A DNA stretch of 64,000 nucleotides from contig OX597818.1 of assembly GCA_951406725.2 (NCBI GenBank), positions 99,820,001 to 99,884,000 of the forward strand. The letters run 5' to 3'. The notes under the pieces are model-generated. The model saw only the letters and a program-made list of their open reading frames with translations, was not told where the DNA came from and did no database searches. Below are positions 1 through 13,200 of this stretch, piece after piece (position 1 is the first letter of the stretch; every line of letters begins with the position of its first letter). Both the position numbers and the translations under genes were made by a program. Source of the stretch: Octopus vulgaris. Its lineage: Eukaryota.

Positions 1-250
1 TATATATATATATATATATACATAGATATATATGTATATATGTGTTTCTACATATGTAAGTATATCTTGGCACAGAGATTTGGGGAAACTAACAAATATA
101 GTGCAAACTTCACTCTAATACACTCGCATAATTACGCATATCATATTGATACATACATTCACTTATCTGCAAAGGAAACTTTACAAATATACATAAATAC
201 AGTTCTATATTTAAGAGATGAGGAATTATGTACATTATTTACATTATATA

Positions 251-505
251 CATTTGCCGGGTATTTGTCCTCATCTTGTTTGTTGTTAACACACGAGCAT
301 ATCGGCGGGCTACTAAACCCAAGATTCCGTGTTCAATTCCAGGCAGTAATAATAATAATAATAATAATGATAACTTCGACAAATACCTTAGGCATGAGAA
401 CCCAGGTTCGAAATTTCCTCAAGACACCCGACGAAGGCTGGATGGTATATCAGCCGAAACGTTGTGTTAACAACAAACAAGATGAGGAAAAATATCCATC
501 AAAAG
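251..505 (+). mobile_element. Penelope-type non-autonomous repeat with inverted terminal copy, tRNA-like segment, (AAT)n and hammerhead-like motif
   Basis: ~43-nt inverted repeat 251-293 / 463-505 (catttgccgggtatttgtcctcatcttgtttgttgttaacaca vs tgtgttaacaacaaacaagatgaggaaaaatatccatcaaaag); B-box-like GTTCAATTCC at 331-340; hammerhead-like core at 424-467. Confidence 0.6.
424..467 (+). ncRNA. Minimal type I hammerhead-ribozyme-like motif (U4C variant core)
   Basis: acac-CCGACGA-a-ggctg...cagcc-GAAAC-GUU-gugu: stem I acac/gugu, stem II ggcug/cagcc, palindromic ACGU stem III; core deviates from CUGANGA. Confidence 0.55.
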
Positions 506-580
506 AAAATAATGTGCATAAATATATCCACTTTATAAATATACACAACTATATCCGCACAGACGCATACATACAAACGT

Positions 581-599
581 GTGTCTATACATACATACA

Positions 600-671
<72 letters not shown>

Positions 672-1070
672 TACGATACAAATGGGATGATTATTTTTGA
701 TATGATCGCAGAAACGCCGTTAAGACAATAGAAATATTGGGTAAATTACTCTTACAAAGCGGAAAAATTTATAAATAATCAGCCATGGGATTCGAACACG
801 CATATATGCACGTATATGTGTGTATGTATGCGTGAGTACTTGTATCCTTCCTTTTCATCCTCTATTCATGTTTTTCTGACGAAGGACTAATATGGGCAAC
901 ATCAAATAGCTAGACTAATAAAACCTTTGTGTCAAATTGTCTTCTATCTTTCTCATTCGTTATCTCCCTCCCCTCCCCTCTTTCTCTGTCTGTCTGTCTG
1001 TCTGTCTCTGTTTCTCTGTCTGTCTCTCTTTCTGTATCTCTCTCTCTGTCTTCTCTCTCTCTTCTCTCTC

Positions 1071-1118
<48 letters not shown>

Positions 1119-1150
1119 TTATATATATATACATACGTATATATACATAA
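581..1150. repeat. Compound microsatellites (TACA)n,(TA)n,(TCTG)n,(TC)n
   Basis: Directly visible simple repeats at about 590-668 and 981-1150; source of spurious ORFs. Confidence 0.95.
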
Positions 1151-1692
1151 ACTTACTATTTCATAACTAGGGCTAGATATTTTATCTATTAATTCGGCTT
1201 GATTAATATACAGACTCACAGTTACATAAACGTATATAAACATATACAAGTGTGCAATTCTGAGTTCATGACATTCACGAAACGTGTATTCCTTACGATA
1301 TGATAGTACATACACCGTACTGTACGTTTTCTACCGAAAGGTCGATAAATTAAGTACCATACACATCTACTTTGTGTACTTGATATGACTGAATAAACCG
1401 ATGGTGAGAGAACATCACAATAGTCGCAGTCAAATCATCTAAACCATTAAGAGATTAGTGGACTAAAATTATTCTCTTTTGTGCTGTATATCTTCCACAC
1501 GCTCTCTCTTTTCATGTACACACACACGCATATATGTATGTAGTTGATGCACACGAATAATATGGATATATGCGCGGTTCCCTCTTCTGATGCCAGTTTT
1601 TACAAAGGAGATAATAATAATTATATACCTACATGCACACATACGTGCACACAAACGTACGTGCATATATGCATATGTATCTATAATATTCA

Positions 1693-1732
<40 letters not shown>

Positions 1733-1942
1733 CATGAATATTATAGATACATATGTATGTATATACGTATTTATATATGTTTATCTATATATTTATACAT
1801 ATATATGTATATACATACACATGCAAAGACACACTCACACACACACATATATACATGTGCGTGTGTGAACGTGTGTGTGTGTGTATGTAATGCATATTAA
1901 TAAATATTTATGCATAACTCTCTCTATCACGCATTCTCTCTT

Positions 1943-1982
<40 letters not shown>

Positions 1983-2682
1983 GTATAAGAAACGATGATA
2001 GATGGAGAGAGAAAGGAGGGGGGAGAAGAAGGAATGAGAGAGAGTAATAGAGTAAGAAGAGAGTGAATGAGATAAAGAATTTAAAAATACCAAGAAGGCA
2101 TGAACATGTAAAAGTTTAGATCCGTTTGCTGATCTAAAGATGAAACTTTTCCAAAATTTCCACTCTAGGCTAATGTACGGAATCAAGGTAAAGAAAGTAT
2201 ATATAAAAACGTCTATATTCGTCAAAAGTCTCTAAATATAGAACGTATCTATTATATTAAATCTTTGACCTTTTGCTTATACAAGACACTTTCAGTCAGT
2301 CACGCAGTTTTCTTCCTTTCTTGTTCATTCCTTTCTGTTCTACTTTATCGTGCTCTGTTTTGCTCTAGTTGACTATCTCTGTCGATCAGTCTGTTTCTCT
2401 CTTCACATGTCTGTCTGTCTGCCTGTGTCTCATTCACGCATAATCCCACTAGCATGGTGCTGTATATGTATTTGTGTATGAATCCCGCTATATAATTTGT
2501 GCGTAAGTACATGAATGCATACGTAACTTATACATTAAATATATAAATACACAGATATAAAGATGCGTACATATACACAGAGACATACATATATACACAC
2601 ATACATATATACATATATACATATACAGAAGTAAATGTAGGACGAAGCAAGTTAGACAGATCAATATATAAAGTATATTCAA

Positions 2683-2867
2683 TACTCTTTTACTCTTTAC
2701 TCTTATTTGTTCCAGTCATGTGACTGTGCCCATGCTGGAGCACCACCTTTGGTCGAGAAAATCAACCCCAGGCCTTATTCTTTGTAAGCCTTATACTTTT
2801 GCCGAACCGCTAGGTTACGGGGACGTAAACACTCCAGCATCAGTTGTCAAGCGATATTCTGGACACA

Positions 2868-2880
<13 letters not shown>
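2683..2880 (-). mobile_element. tRNA-derived SINE family A, 3' half ending at the internal microsatellite
   Basis: Matches the tail seen at 3610, 48824 and 59646 (catgctggagcacc...gccgaaccgcta...ttacggggacgtaaacac). Confidence 0.85.
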
Positions 2881-2945
<65 letters not shown>

Positions 2946-3054
2946 TACGCCTTACAATTGTGGAAATGATTTAAGGCGAAGCGTTTTGTCGCTTCGGCGT
3001 CGAAACACTTTTACAATTGTAAGACATGTACCCCTTTTTTTTGTAGAGTCGTTT

Positions 3055-3215
3055 ACAAGGATCCCAGTGCTCACCCGTCACTTGTTTTATCAACTCCGGA
3101 AGGGATTAAAAGCAAAATAGACCACGGTGGGATTTGCATTCAGAATGTAAAGAGCCGGAATACATGTCACAAAGCATTTTATCCGGCATGTTGGCTATTC
3201 TACTAGCTCGATGTC
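3055..3215 (-). mobile_element. SINE family B, degenerate copy
   Basis: Similar to the reverse complement of 8517-8745 (atcaactccggaagggattaaaagcaaaatagaccacggtgggatttgcattcagaatg). Confidence 0.7.
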
Positions 3216-3571
3216 TTCTATAAGTCATATATGTATATAATAGTTTATACACTATTTCTTGACTACTGTTCTTTTATTTGTCTAGTTTTGTTGGTTGTAA
3301 TTTATGAAATTCTTCCTTATACATAGGCGGGAATATATACACCTCCACACACACACACACACACAATAAGCGTGTGTATAGCGAGGCTGTGTTTTCCAGA
3401 ATGGAAGCGAACAACTTTCTCCATGTGATTAGCTTGAAAAGATTGCTCAGAGACAAAGATATTTTCCTACATTTCTTAACATAAAAAACAATGGTAGCCG
3501 TAATTCACAAATAAATAAATTATATCCTCCAATGCGGTGTTGTGCACTTATTTTCATCGTTCGACGTTTTC

Positions 3572-3609
<38 letters not shown>

Positions 3610-4063
3610 TTCTTTACTCTTTTACTCGTTTCAGTCATTTGACTGCGGCCATGCTGGAGCACCGCCTTTAGTCGAGCAAATCGACCTCAGGACTCATTCT
3701 TTGTAAGCCTAGTACTTATTCTATCTTACTCTATTCTAACTTTGCCGAACCGCTAAATTACAAGGACGGAAACACACCAGCATCTGTCGTCAAGCGATGT
3801 TGTGGGGACAAACACAGACACAGACACAGACACACACACACGCACACACACACATACACACACACACACACACATACACACACACACACATATATATATA
3901 TATACACAAATACATATATACGACGGGCTTCTTTCAGTTTCCGTCTACCAAATCCACTCACAAGGCTTTGGTCGGCTCGAGGCTAGAGTAGAAGACATTT
4001 GCCCAAGGTGCCACGTAGTAGGACTGAACCCGTAACCATATGGTTAGTAAGCAAGCTACTTAC
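3610..4063 (-). mobile_element. SINE family A, near full-length, with internal (TA)n(TG)n
   Basis: On the minus strand: tRNA-like head (ggttcagtcc), body ccttgggcaa..gtcttctact, internal microsatellite, tail ggcggtgctccagcatggccgcagtc...(gtaaaaga)n. Confidence 0.9.
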
Positions 4064-4104
4064 TAATGTGCATGTTTGTGTATGTATACATATATAAACA
4101 TATG

Positions 4105-4166
<62 letters not shown>

Positions 4167-4475
4167 TATCTGTGTATGTATATAGGTATTTCACGCAAGA
4201 GAGTCTGTATTTTTGTAATTAAAACACTAGTGTGTACCTTTTTCATAGTTCTTAATTGACGTTTTTATTCATATTTTCGTTTCATGATTTCCTTACACGT
4301 TGTTTGAGGATTTAGTATGAGCTCGTACATAGACATGTCTCCGGACCTTTGAGATTCCAAATATTTTTAGAAATCAAAAATGTAGAAGATGCCTTTCTAC
4401 TCAGAATATTAATGAGTTTCTAAAAAGTTCTCGCGCAGGTACGTGTGCGCGCTTGCATAGAATCTAGCAAACACA

Positions 4476-4508
<33 letters not shown>

Positions 4509-4571
4509 TACACATTCCATGAATATTTATGTACGTTTATTCTAAGACACGTTCATCTATCTATTTACCTT

Positions 4572-4621
<50 letters not shown>

Positions 4622-4623
4622 AA

Positions 4624-4698
<75 letters not shown>

Positions 4699-4989
4699 TA
4701 TATAATATATGTATATGTATGTCTATATATCTACATAAGTGTATATATGTACATACTACACACACATGCACTCATATTTACACACATACATAAACACAAA
4801 CACAGACACTGAGACACACACATGTATGTGTTTATGTGTTTGTGTCCATGCAGAAAATCAATTGGGATATGTAAAGATAAATTTTCCCTTTCACCATCAC
4901 GTTTGGAAACTTTCAATGAATAATGAAACCCTGTTTTCTGAGAATAAAAGGAAACAACGCAAAAAAGCGCAACAACTTTGCAGTATGCA

Positions 4990-5038
<49 letters not shown>

Positions 5039-5174
5039 TCACCATTCGTTGCCCTGTCATCAATATAATCGGATGAACGTACAAATACCTCTATTGACAA
5101 CATGATGCCAACTCTTTCTATCTATAATATTATTTCTTTCAATGTTGTCATCATTGCGATCGGCGCAGCCTCTC

Positions 5175-5355
5175 CAAGATCAAAGTATCCACTAGCAAAA
5201 GAAGTAAAGTCTCATTCAAAAACAGCTACGTGTTTGTATAAAAGGGGAACCATTTTGAAATGTCGTACATATGCGTAAATGGTGTTGATATTTTAGGATT
5301 GGATATCCTGTTCTTCGTTTGCCGACTGGATCAGTAGGGACCTTGGGTTGAACAA
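5175..5355 (+). mobile_element. Old interspersed repeat family C (ends ...gacctagggct/aaacaac), degenerate
   Basis: Related segments at 6400-6615(+), 7850-8000(-), 20800-21050(+), 55790-55900(-) and 58820-59040(-) share ctagaaatarcagc..atctc and the gacctrgggct terminus. Confidence 0.5.
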
Positions 5356-5602
5356 ATGAAATAGTGTGTCATTATCAGTATTAATGTCATCATAATAATA
5401 ATGAGCCAGAAGTAGTGAAAGAATTAGTAAAAAAATCAATTCAAAATCTAATCGTTCGTAAATTTGGTGACTGCAATGGATGGATGGATGGAAGTTGATG
5501 TCGAGAGAATCTAAAAAGTTGTTTTTCTAACCTTATTTACTTAGTCACACGTTCTTTGTCACATCATCTTCTCTTTGGCTTTGAATGTTTGTCCGATTCT
5601 TT

Positions 5603-5659
<57 letters not shown>

Positions 5660-6399
5660 TCTCTCTCTCGTTCTCTCCTCTATTTCACTTTCTGTCACAG
5701 TCTGTGTATATTTACTAATGATCTACATTGTCAAGGTGTGTATATATGTACACACACATATATATGTATTTATGTATGTATATGTATGTGTGTGTATGTC
5801 TGTATTTATGTATGTATATATATGTATGTGTATGTGTAAATATTTATCTATCGACCAGGTACATAATACACATTTATATGCATAAATATATGTGTATTTA
5901 TAGGCACAAATGAACATATGTATATATTCATACATCTGTATATATAAATGTATAATGTATGTATGTGTACATATATCGATACACACGTATATGTACACAC
6001 ATACACACTCACACACACACACATATATACATACATACATATACATACATACATACGTATATATACAGACACACAAAACACACAGACACACACTCACATG
6101 TATATATGTATGTATTTTTGTCTGTATATCCATATAGTTCTGTGCGTGTAGGGAATCAATTGAGACACGTAAAGATGGAAATGCCTTTCAACGTCACGTT
6201 TGGAAACCTTCTATGAATAATGAAAGCTTGCTTAAGAGCGAGAAAAACATGGTAACCACCACCCACCAACACCACCACCACCTCCACCACCACATTCATG
6301 TATATAATCAACGCAATCTTTTTCCAAGTAGAACTATATTCAATGAGAAACCAACTACTACAATCGCCATTATTCTCACTTTTTCTCCTCTACTCAGAG

Positions 6400-6615
6400 C
6401 CATCTAAGGAACTACTAAGTGGTCATTATAATTATTAGAAATAACAGCTAATTCTCTCTAATATCGTAAATCTCTCTCTAAGTGTTTCTCTCTCTCTCTC
6501 TCTTAAAGGACATACTGTAAATCCTGATCGAGCATATGACTAAAACGACTGGATAGTTATGGCTGGAACGCCGTTGTATATGGCTGCTGGATTACAGCTG
6601 ACCTAGGGCTATGCT
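6400..6615 (+). mobile_element. Repeat family C copy
   Basis: tagaaataacagcta...atggctggaacgcc...cagctgacctagggct. Confidence 0.55.
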
Positions 6616-6699
6616 CCTACAAAGTTGTATGGTTACCCTTATTTAGTGCCTTTATGATAGTAATTAGAGAAAAAAAGTAGCAATACTAATATTCGGTCC

Positions 6700-6910
6700 A
6701 GATTTTGGTACAAGGCCAGCAATTTCGAGAGAGCGGTCAGTCGATTACATCGATCTTTGTGATTAACTGGTTCTTATTTTAACGACCGTAAAAGGGTAAA
6801 AGCAAAATCGACCCCGGCGGCATTTGAACTCAGAACGTAATGTCGGACTGAATGCTGCTACGCAATTTGTTCGACGTGGTAACGCAGTTTTCGCTAGCGA
6901 CATTCCTTCA
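6700..6910 (-). mobile_element. SINE family B, diverged copy
   Basis: tttggtacaaggccagcaattt...gtcgattacatcga...tttgaactcagaacgtaa. Confidence 0.8.
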
Positions 6911-6990
6911 TAAAACAATTGTCGACTTGTAACTCTAGTTAGAAGCACTTGCCGAACCTACCACACACTAGAGGTGAACATATATATATA

Positions 6991-7250
6991 TACTCTTTTA
7001 CTTGTTTCAGTTATTTAACTGTGACCATGCTGGAGCACAGCCTGTAGTCGTGCAAATCGACCCCAGGACTTATTCTTTGTAATCCTACTACTTATTCTAT
7101 CGGTCTCTTTTCCGAACCGCTAAGTTACAGGAACGTGTACACACCAGCATCGGTTGTCAAACGATTTGGGAGGTGGGCAAACACAGACACACAAACGTAT
7201 ACACACAAGCGGTTCGTAAGCAAGCTACTTACCACACAGCCACTCCTACA
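6991..7250 (-). mobile_element. SINE family A with internal deletion
   Basis: Tail (6991-7200) joined directly to the head fragment gcaagctacttaccacacagccactcct. Confidence 0.85.
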
Positions 7251-8289
7251 CCCATAAAGAATTTAAGGTATATATATATATATATATAAATTAAATTTAA
7301 AGAAATGACCGTCCCTTCTCTTCCTTGTTCCTCTTTCTCTTCGTCATATTTTACCACATCTTCTGAAATATATCATAAGCTGTTTGTTTGCTTCTTCTAA
7401 AACCTACTTCTGTTTCCATCGAGATGGAATCTAGTCTGAAGCAGAATTCAGTTTCACGGTAACCTCACAAATGAAATTAAATAATGATCTTATAATTATA
7501 GTATTTATCTATTGATGTTTATCAGAACAGAAGATAATTTGCTTCAAAGTTCTCAGTAGAACACCAACTAATGAAATAATAAATAAATGTGATAGATTCT
7601 TTTTAAGGGGATCTAAATCCATTAGAAATAAAGGGAAGTAGTGAGAGCTCTATAAACGAGATGCAAGCTGAAGTGATAATGCAGAGAAAGATGTATATAA
7701 AATAAAACAGATGTGCCTAAGAAAATTTTCAAAGAAGGAAGAAGATTAGAGGGTCTGCTAGCTGTGGAATGAAAATGTAAATAATGGTCAACGTGAAAAA
7801 AATAGCACCAGCCTTTGGTTCCTAAAGTATTATGTGCGCTTTTGCCATTGAACTATAGGCCTGCTCTAAATCAGTAGATCTCTGATCGATATTACACAAG
7901 CCATGACCATCGGAAGTAGTGTATCTAATGTGCACGCTTATACTTTCTGAAAATGCGGTAGGATTTGTTATGAGGGAGATTACGCTGCTATTAGCAAGTG
8001 GCTGTTACCAATACACACAGCGAACGTGCATTAGCACCCGTGTTGGCTGAATTCCGTAGAATATGTGTAGTTGACGTAAGTGATAAAAACAAATGCTAAT
8101 TACAATGACTAAATCCAAACATACTTTAGCGAAACATACTAATTCTGTTAATCAATAAAATCTCACTAAACTTCCAGTTCGTTTACTTTTAACGCTGTTT
8201 AATTGATGAGGAGATGAATATACAGTGGTACATAGCTTTTTGTTTAATACTTAACCGTTATTTATGTCTCCGAATTCACTATCAGAAAT

Positions 8290-8498
8290 TACTGGTTTCA
8301 AGTTTTGGCACACGGCCAGCAAGTTCGTGGGATGGGACTAGTAGATTAGATCGACCTTATTGCTCGACTGGTAATTATTTATCAACCCCGAAGAATGACA
8401 GGCTATGTTAGACTCGGAGTAATGTAAATTCAGAACGTCAAGGCGAGCGAAATGTCGCTAAGCTTTTAGTCCGGTGTGCAAACGATTCTACTAGCTTA
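8290..8498 (-). mobile_element. SINE family B, older copy, head-to-head with the next copy
   Basis: ttttggcacacggccagcaa...actggtaattatttatcaaccccgaag...ttcagaacgt...aacgattctactagct. Confidence 0.8.
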
Positions 8499-8516
8499 AC
8501 AGAAGTATTAGTAATA

Positions 8517-8745
8517 AAGGCGGCGAGCTGGCAGAAACATTAGCACACCGGGCGAAATGCTTAGCAGTATTTCGTCTGTCGCTACGTTCTGAGTTCAAAT
8601 TCCGCCGAGGTCGAGTTTACCTTTCATCCTTTCGGGGTCGATTAATTAAGTACCAGTTAGGCACTTGAGTCGATGTAATCAACTTAATCCATTTGTCTGT
8701 CCTTGTTTGTTCTCTCTGTGTTTAGCCCCTTGTGGGCAGTAAAGA
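8517..8745 (+). mobile_element. SINE family B, young monomer with probable TSD
   Basis: aaggcggcgagctggcagaaac...gagttcaaattcc (B-box)...; flanked by agaagtattag at 8501-8511 and 8743-8753. Confidence 0.9.
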
Positions 8746-8989
8746 AGTATTAGAAATTATTAATAAGAGAAAGGGAATATTAGGCAATGCTTCTGAAACT
8801 ATCGTATGTAATAGCCAATCTACATCGTAGAACACCACACCGTAATTTTCGTTCTGAAAACTCCTTTAAGTCCAACAATCTTCATGTTGATGTACTATAA
8901 TGAATGTGATTTGACTCATGATGAATCTATTAATATTCTGAGCTCCGAAATATCACAAAATGCAGATTTCGAGCCAAATCGACCGTAGA

Positions 8990-9880
8990 GCACGAGTAAA
9001 GCAAGTAAAATCGTTAATGCGTTGGAATTTCTTCCGATTCTCTACGTTCTGAGTTAAAATACCACCGAGTAAAATAAATACCTTTTATCTTTTTATAGTT
9101 GGTAAAATAAATACCAGTTGAGCACAGGAGGTCGATGTAATTGTCTTATCTCTTGCCTAAAATTCCTGGCCATTTGCCAAAATTTGAAAGCATTTTAAAT
9201 GCGGTGAACAAGCAGAATATTTAGCATGCCTGACAAAAGGCTTAGCGTCATTTCAAGAATAGATTTAACTTCTATCAATTCAGGGTTGAGAAAAAAAAAG
9301 AGCCCCACCTGAGCACAGAGTTTTATGTAATCGACTTACACTCCGCATCAAAATTGCTACCTTGTGCCAAAAATTAGAAAAAAACCCCTATTATTTTTAA
9401 TTGAAAACGTGACATTCATTCTGATTGTTAATGTCCTGAGTTCAAATTCTATGTTGGTTAACTTTGCTATCAAAGTTTTTCGAGTTAAAAATATAAAGTA
9501 CGAGTTGTGCGCTGTGGTCGATGTGACCGGTGAGCCAGATTCCCCACCATTTCAGGCGTTGTAAAGGATTGTTATTGCTGTAATGAATCGTGGCCGATGA
9601 AAAAAGTACCAGTTGAGTATTGCAGTTGATGTAATCTGCGATCACTCTCCCACAAATTTCTAATCCTGTGCCTATAGTAGAAAGGATTATGATTGTTATT
9701 ATTAGTACGGTGAGCTGGTAGAACCGATAGCACGTCTTTACGTACTGAGTAAAAATTCAATCGAGATCGACTTTGCCTTTCATCTTTCTGCGATCGTACC
9801 AGTTGAGTGCTGGAGTCGATGCAATCTACTAAATTCCTTCTCCGATCTTGCTGCCCTTGTGCCACAATTTCAAACCATTA
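8990..9880 (+). mobile_element. Cluster of about five degenerate tandem SINE B copies
   Basis: Recurrent ctgagttcaaat / taccagttgag / gtcgatgtaatc / cttgtgcc..aattt motifs. Confidence 0.75.
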
Positions 9881-11006
9881 TTATCATTGATTGTTATTTT
9901 CTTTAAGCTATTAAAGCTAATTTCATGTTCGATTCCCAGCGCCTCAGCATACGACATTTACCTTGAATACACTGCTGTTTCTAGGATATTCTGTATAAAA
10001 CAATCGCAAAAGGAATTTCGTCCCCGAAATATCACCAGGAGCAGATAATTGCTTGAAAAACTGCGTACTATTCAGGAAACTCGTCAAATAGCAACATAAG
10101 ATGAACCGACGTCTGGTAAAACTAAGCCAGACAATGAAAATGTATATATATCTGTTTTCGATAAAACTGATCGAATTAACCCGATGTTTAATTAAAATAT
10201 TTGTCCACTTGAAATAATTGTGAATTTAACAAGTAGTGTGTCATCTTTTCGTCGCTAGAAATTCTATGGCTGTGTGAATATTAGTTATTGATCATACGTA
10301 ATATGAATGACCCTAATTCGATTGTAATGCAATTTCACACACACACATATATATGTATATAAAGGTAAATGTATGGCTGGCCCATGTCAGCAAATACACA
10401 TATATATCCTAATTATACTGCTAAAACTTATACACATTCGTACAATTATACATATTCAATATACAAAAGTACTTACACTGTATTTATCTATCTATCTATC
10501 TATCTATCTATATATCTCTCTTCTTACAACACATACACACATAAACACACATACATAAAAACAAATATAAAAACGACAACAGTCAAAGGTATGTACGCTA
10601 TGAGTGTATCAGGTTAATGTCCAGTTTATGATGGAAAAAGATGATGTGACGCCTCGTGCAAGGCTCTTCGTCATAAAGAGGGTAGGACCGGAGAGAAGGT
10701 AAAGAAAAGCTCAAGAAAAGCTCAAGAAGAGCATGTGACTTATAAACACATGATGGCTATATCCTCCTGAACGTTGTAGGCCGTCACTGACCATCCAGAA
10801 CACTGTGCACCTAGTCAAAATTATAGTTTGTGCTTATAGTACCGCTGGTGAATAACGAGCCCGGCTTTTGATAAACATGTACGTCCAGAAATACTTTTTC
10901 TCTTTCACTACACTGGTAGAGCGCTTTCGAGGCAGCTCTCTTTAGTTCAGTATGAAAAATGCGCGTTTCTTTGGTAATACCATTTCCTTCCTTTAAACGT
11001 TACTAC

Positions 11007-11157
<151 letters not shown>

Positions 11158-11726
11158 TTTTTTACATTCAGCATCATATATTATAGCCCGCAAAGAAAGC
11201 TTATTTGGAAAATAACTTCAGAAGACGCTGACATATTTCCGAAAGGTTAACTCTGTTAAACGAGTTCCATTATATATTTGTATCTATAAGATGAGTTTGT
11301 TAGTAAATAAGGTTAATGAAAAAAGTAAAAATTAAATTAAAGACATCACAAGTCAAGAACTAAGGAAGGGAGCAATCGTTAGCAATAAATCTCATTGAAA
11401 ATGTCTATTTTTGTTATAAGAGGACTTCGAAATATTCGTATTCAGGTCACATATCTATCAATTTTTGTAGGAAATTAATCAAATTCTTGTCTAGATAACC
11501 AATTTATTTTGAAGGAAAAAATATCACTTGTTGAACCAAATCCAAATCTTATCATTTAAATTCTGAAAAATATAAATAATATTTTTACATGTTATATTCT
11601 GTATCTACGAAGGAAATCTGCAGCAGTTCAGAAATGTAGATTTATTTTAAATAATGCCAAACCGTTCAATTTTATATCACTGCCACTAAGAGGTGAAGAG
11701 GCATGGCCTACTTAGTGAGACAAGTA

Positions 11727-12598
11727 CGAAATGGTATCAGAACATTCCCGAACTAGTTCTCTAGCGTACCTACACATGACAGCACACGCATGCGTGCGTA
11801 GTGAGGGCTACCAGTAACATTCAAGATGTAATGTGCTGAGTGACTTTGTTGTGTTTAGTTTGCAAGTGAAATCAGTGTTTTTGTGATCACGTGTATGCTA
11901 TAAGGATTTTTGTCATAGACAGGAATTTAGAACAATGAGCCAACATGAAATTTTGCATTAAACTTGGGAAGTCTGCTACAGAGACATTGAGCATGCTTCG
12001 GCAAGCTTACGGCGATGAGGCACTGTTTTGAGGCAATGTTTTGTTTGGCATGTGTGCTTCAAAAGGCACGGCAGCGCCACAGCTCTATCAAGAGCATGCT
12101 CATCGCTTCTTTTTTCAACATCCGCTGTATTAAGCATCGAAAATACGCTCTCCAGTGCCAGAGAGTTCTCTTGCGATGTTTGAAGCGTTTGAGGGAAGAT
12201 ATTCGGCGAAAGCGACCGGGTTTGTGGAGCATGAAGAATTTGATTCTTCATGACAACAAATCGCCCTGTGACCAAGCTCTCTTCACTCTTGAGTTTCTCG
12301 CCAAAAACAACACGGTATCGCCACGGTGCCCGCCCAATTCGCCAGATTTAGCACCTGCGGACTTCCATATCTTCCACACGAGGAAAATGAAACTCTAAGG
12401 TTACCGTTTAATACCGTTCTCGAGATATGGACCGAATCGCAGAAGTTTCTCAACTCACCTACGGAAAACGACTTCCGGGTCAGATCCCCGAAGTACTGCG
12501 CAATCTGATTATTCCGAAGGAGATGATGCTAAAAGTCAGCTTAGTAAGTTATATTTTATTAAACATTACTACTCTGAGAACTTTTAGATACCATCTCG
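11727..12598 (+). mobile_element. Internally deleted mariner (DD34D-type) transposon remnant
   Basis: Imperfect TIRs cgaaatggtatcagaacattccc / gagaacttttagataccatctcg with TA at the left; N-terminal EQ*ANMKFCIKLGKSATETLSMLRQAYGDEAL and C-terminal LILHDNKSP...PPNSPDLAPADFHIF (HDNA and YSPDLAP motifs); stops and deletion. Confidence 0.9.
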
Positions 12599-12929
12599 GA
12601 AATAGCTTCGACATGGGAACTGAATTCATTTCGCTGTCTAATATAGAAAATATCTGATTAAAATATTGTACATGAATGAACCCAACTCATGTATCATAGA
12701 TGATAAATATTCATTTCATTAGGTTAACGATTTCAATTATGTCTCGTGTTTCTGTCCATTGTTTATCGGTCAATGGTCTTATGAAAATTACATTTATATA
12801 TTTTGTGTAGAATAGATGTCTTCGATTTTGCCCCATATTTGAACCACATATTCAATAACCTACATGTATGGTCCATAGCTGGTTTTTATGCATTTGAAAA
12901 TAGAGGAATATATGTTTAGATGATTCATT

Positions 12930-13200
12930 GTCTAGCGATTAGAGTGTTGACCTCTCACCCCTAAGACAAGGGGATTGATCACTGGAGGGAGAGTCTTGCA
13001 ATGTTTTCGAGCAACGAACCTCATTTCAAAGAGGTCCAATTCACTCAGCTGGAAATGAAGAATATCTAACTGATGGTGCAGCTCTCATTCCCGCTCGTTG
13101 TTACATCCTGAACTTCTGCAGTCCAAGGGCGAGAAGATAGATGGAGTGAATATGTTCTCGAGAAGATGTAACCATCGCAATAAGCAACCGCATAGTCTCA
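12930..13200 (+). mobile_element. Degenerate tRNA/CORE-like SINE
   Basis: tRNA-like start followed by tgttttcgagcaacgaacctcatttc...ccaattcactcagctg, similar to 41850-42125. Confidence 0.45.

Noticed and set aside
40-690. 216-aa ORF, the longest in the track
   Set aside because: Runs through a repeat element and (AAT)/(TACA)/(TA) microsatellites; no domain similarity.
870-935. Hammerhead core CTGACGA at about 876
   Set aside because: No convincing stem II or GAAA partner downstream; at most a decayed Penelope-type end.
12015-12398. 127-aa transposase ORF as an active gene
   Set aside because: Fragment of an internally deleted mariner with stops and lost catalytic region; annotated as a remnant.
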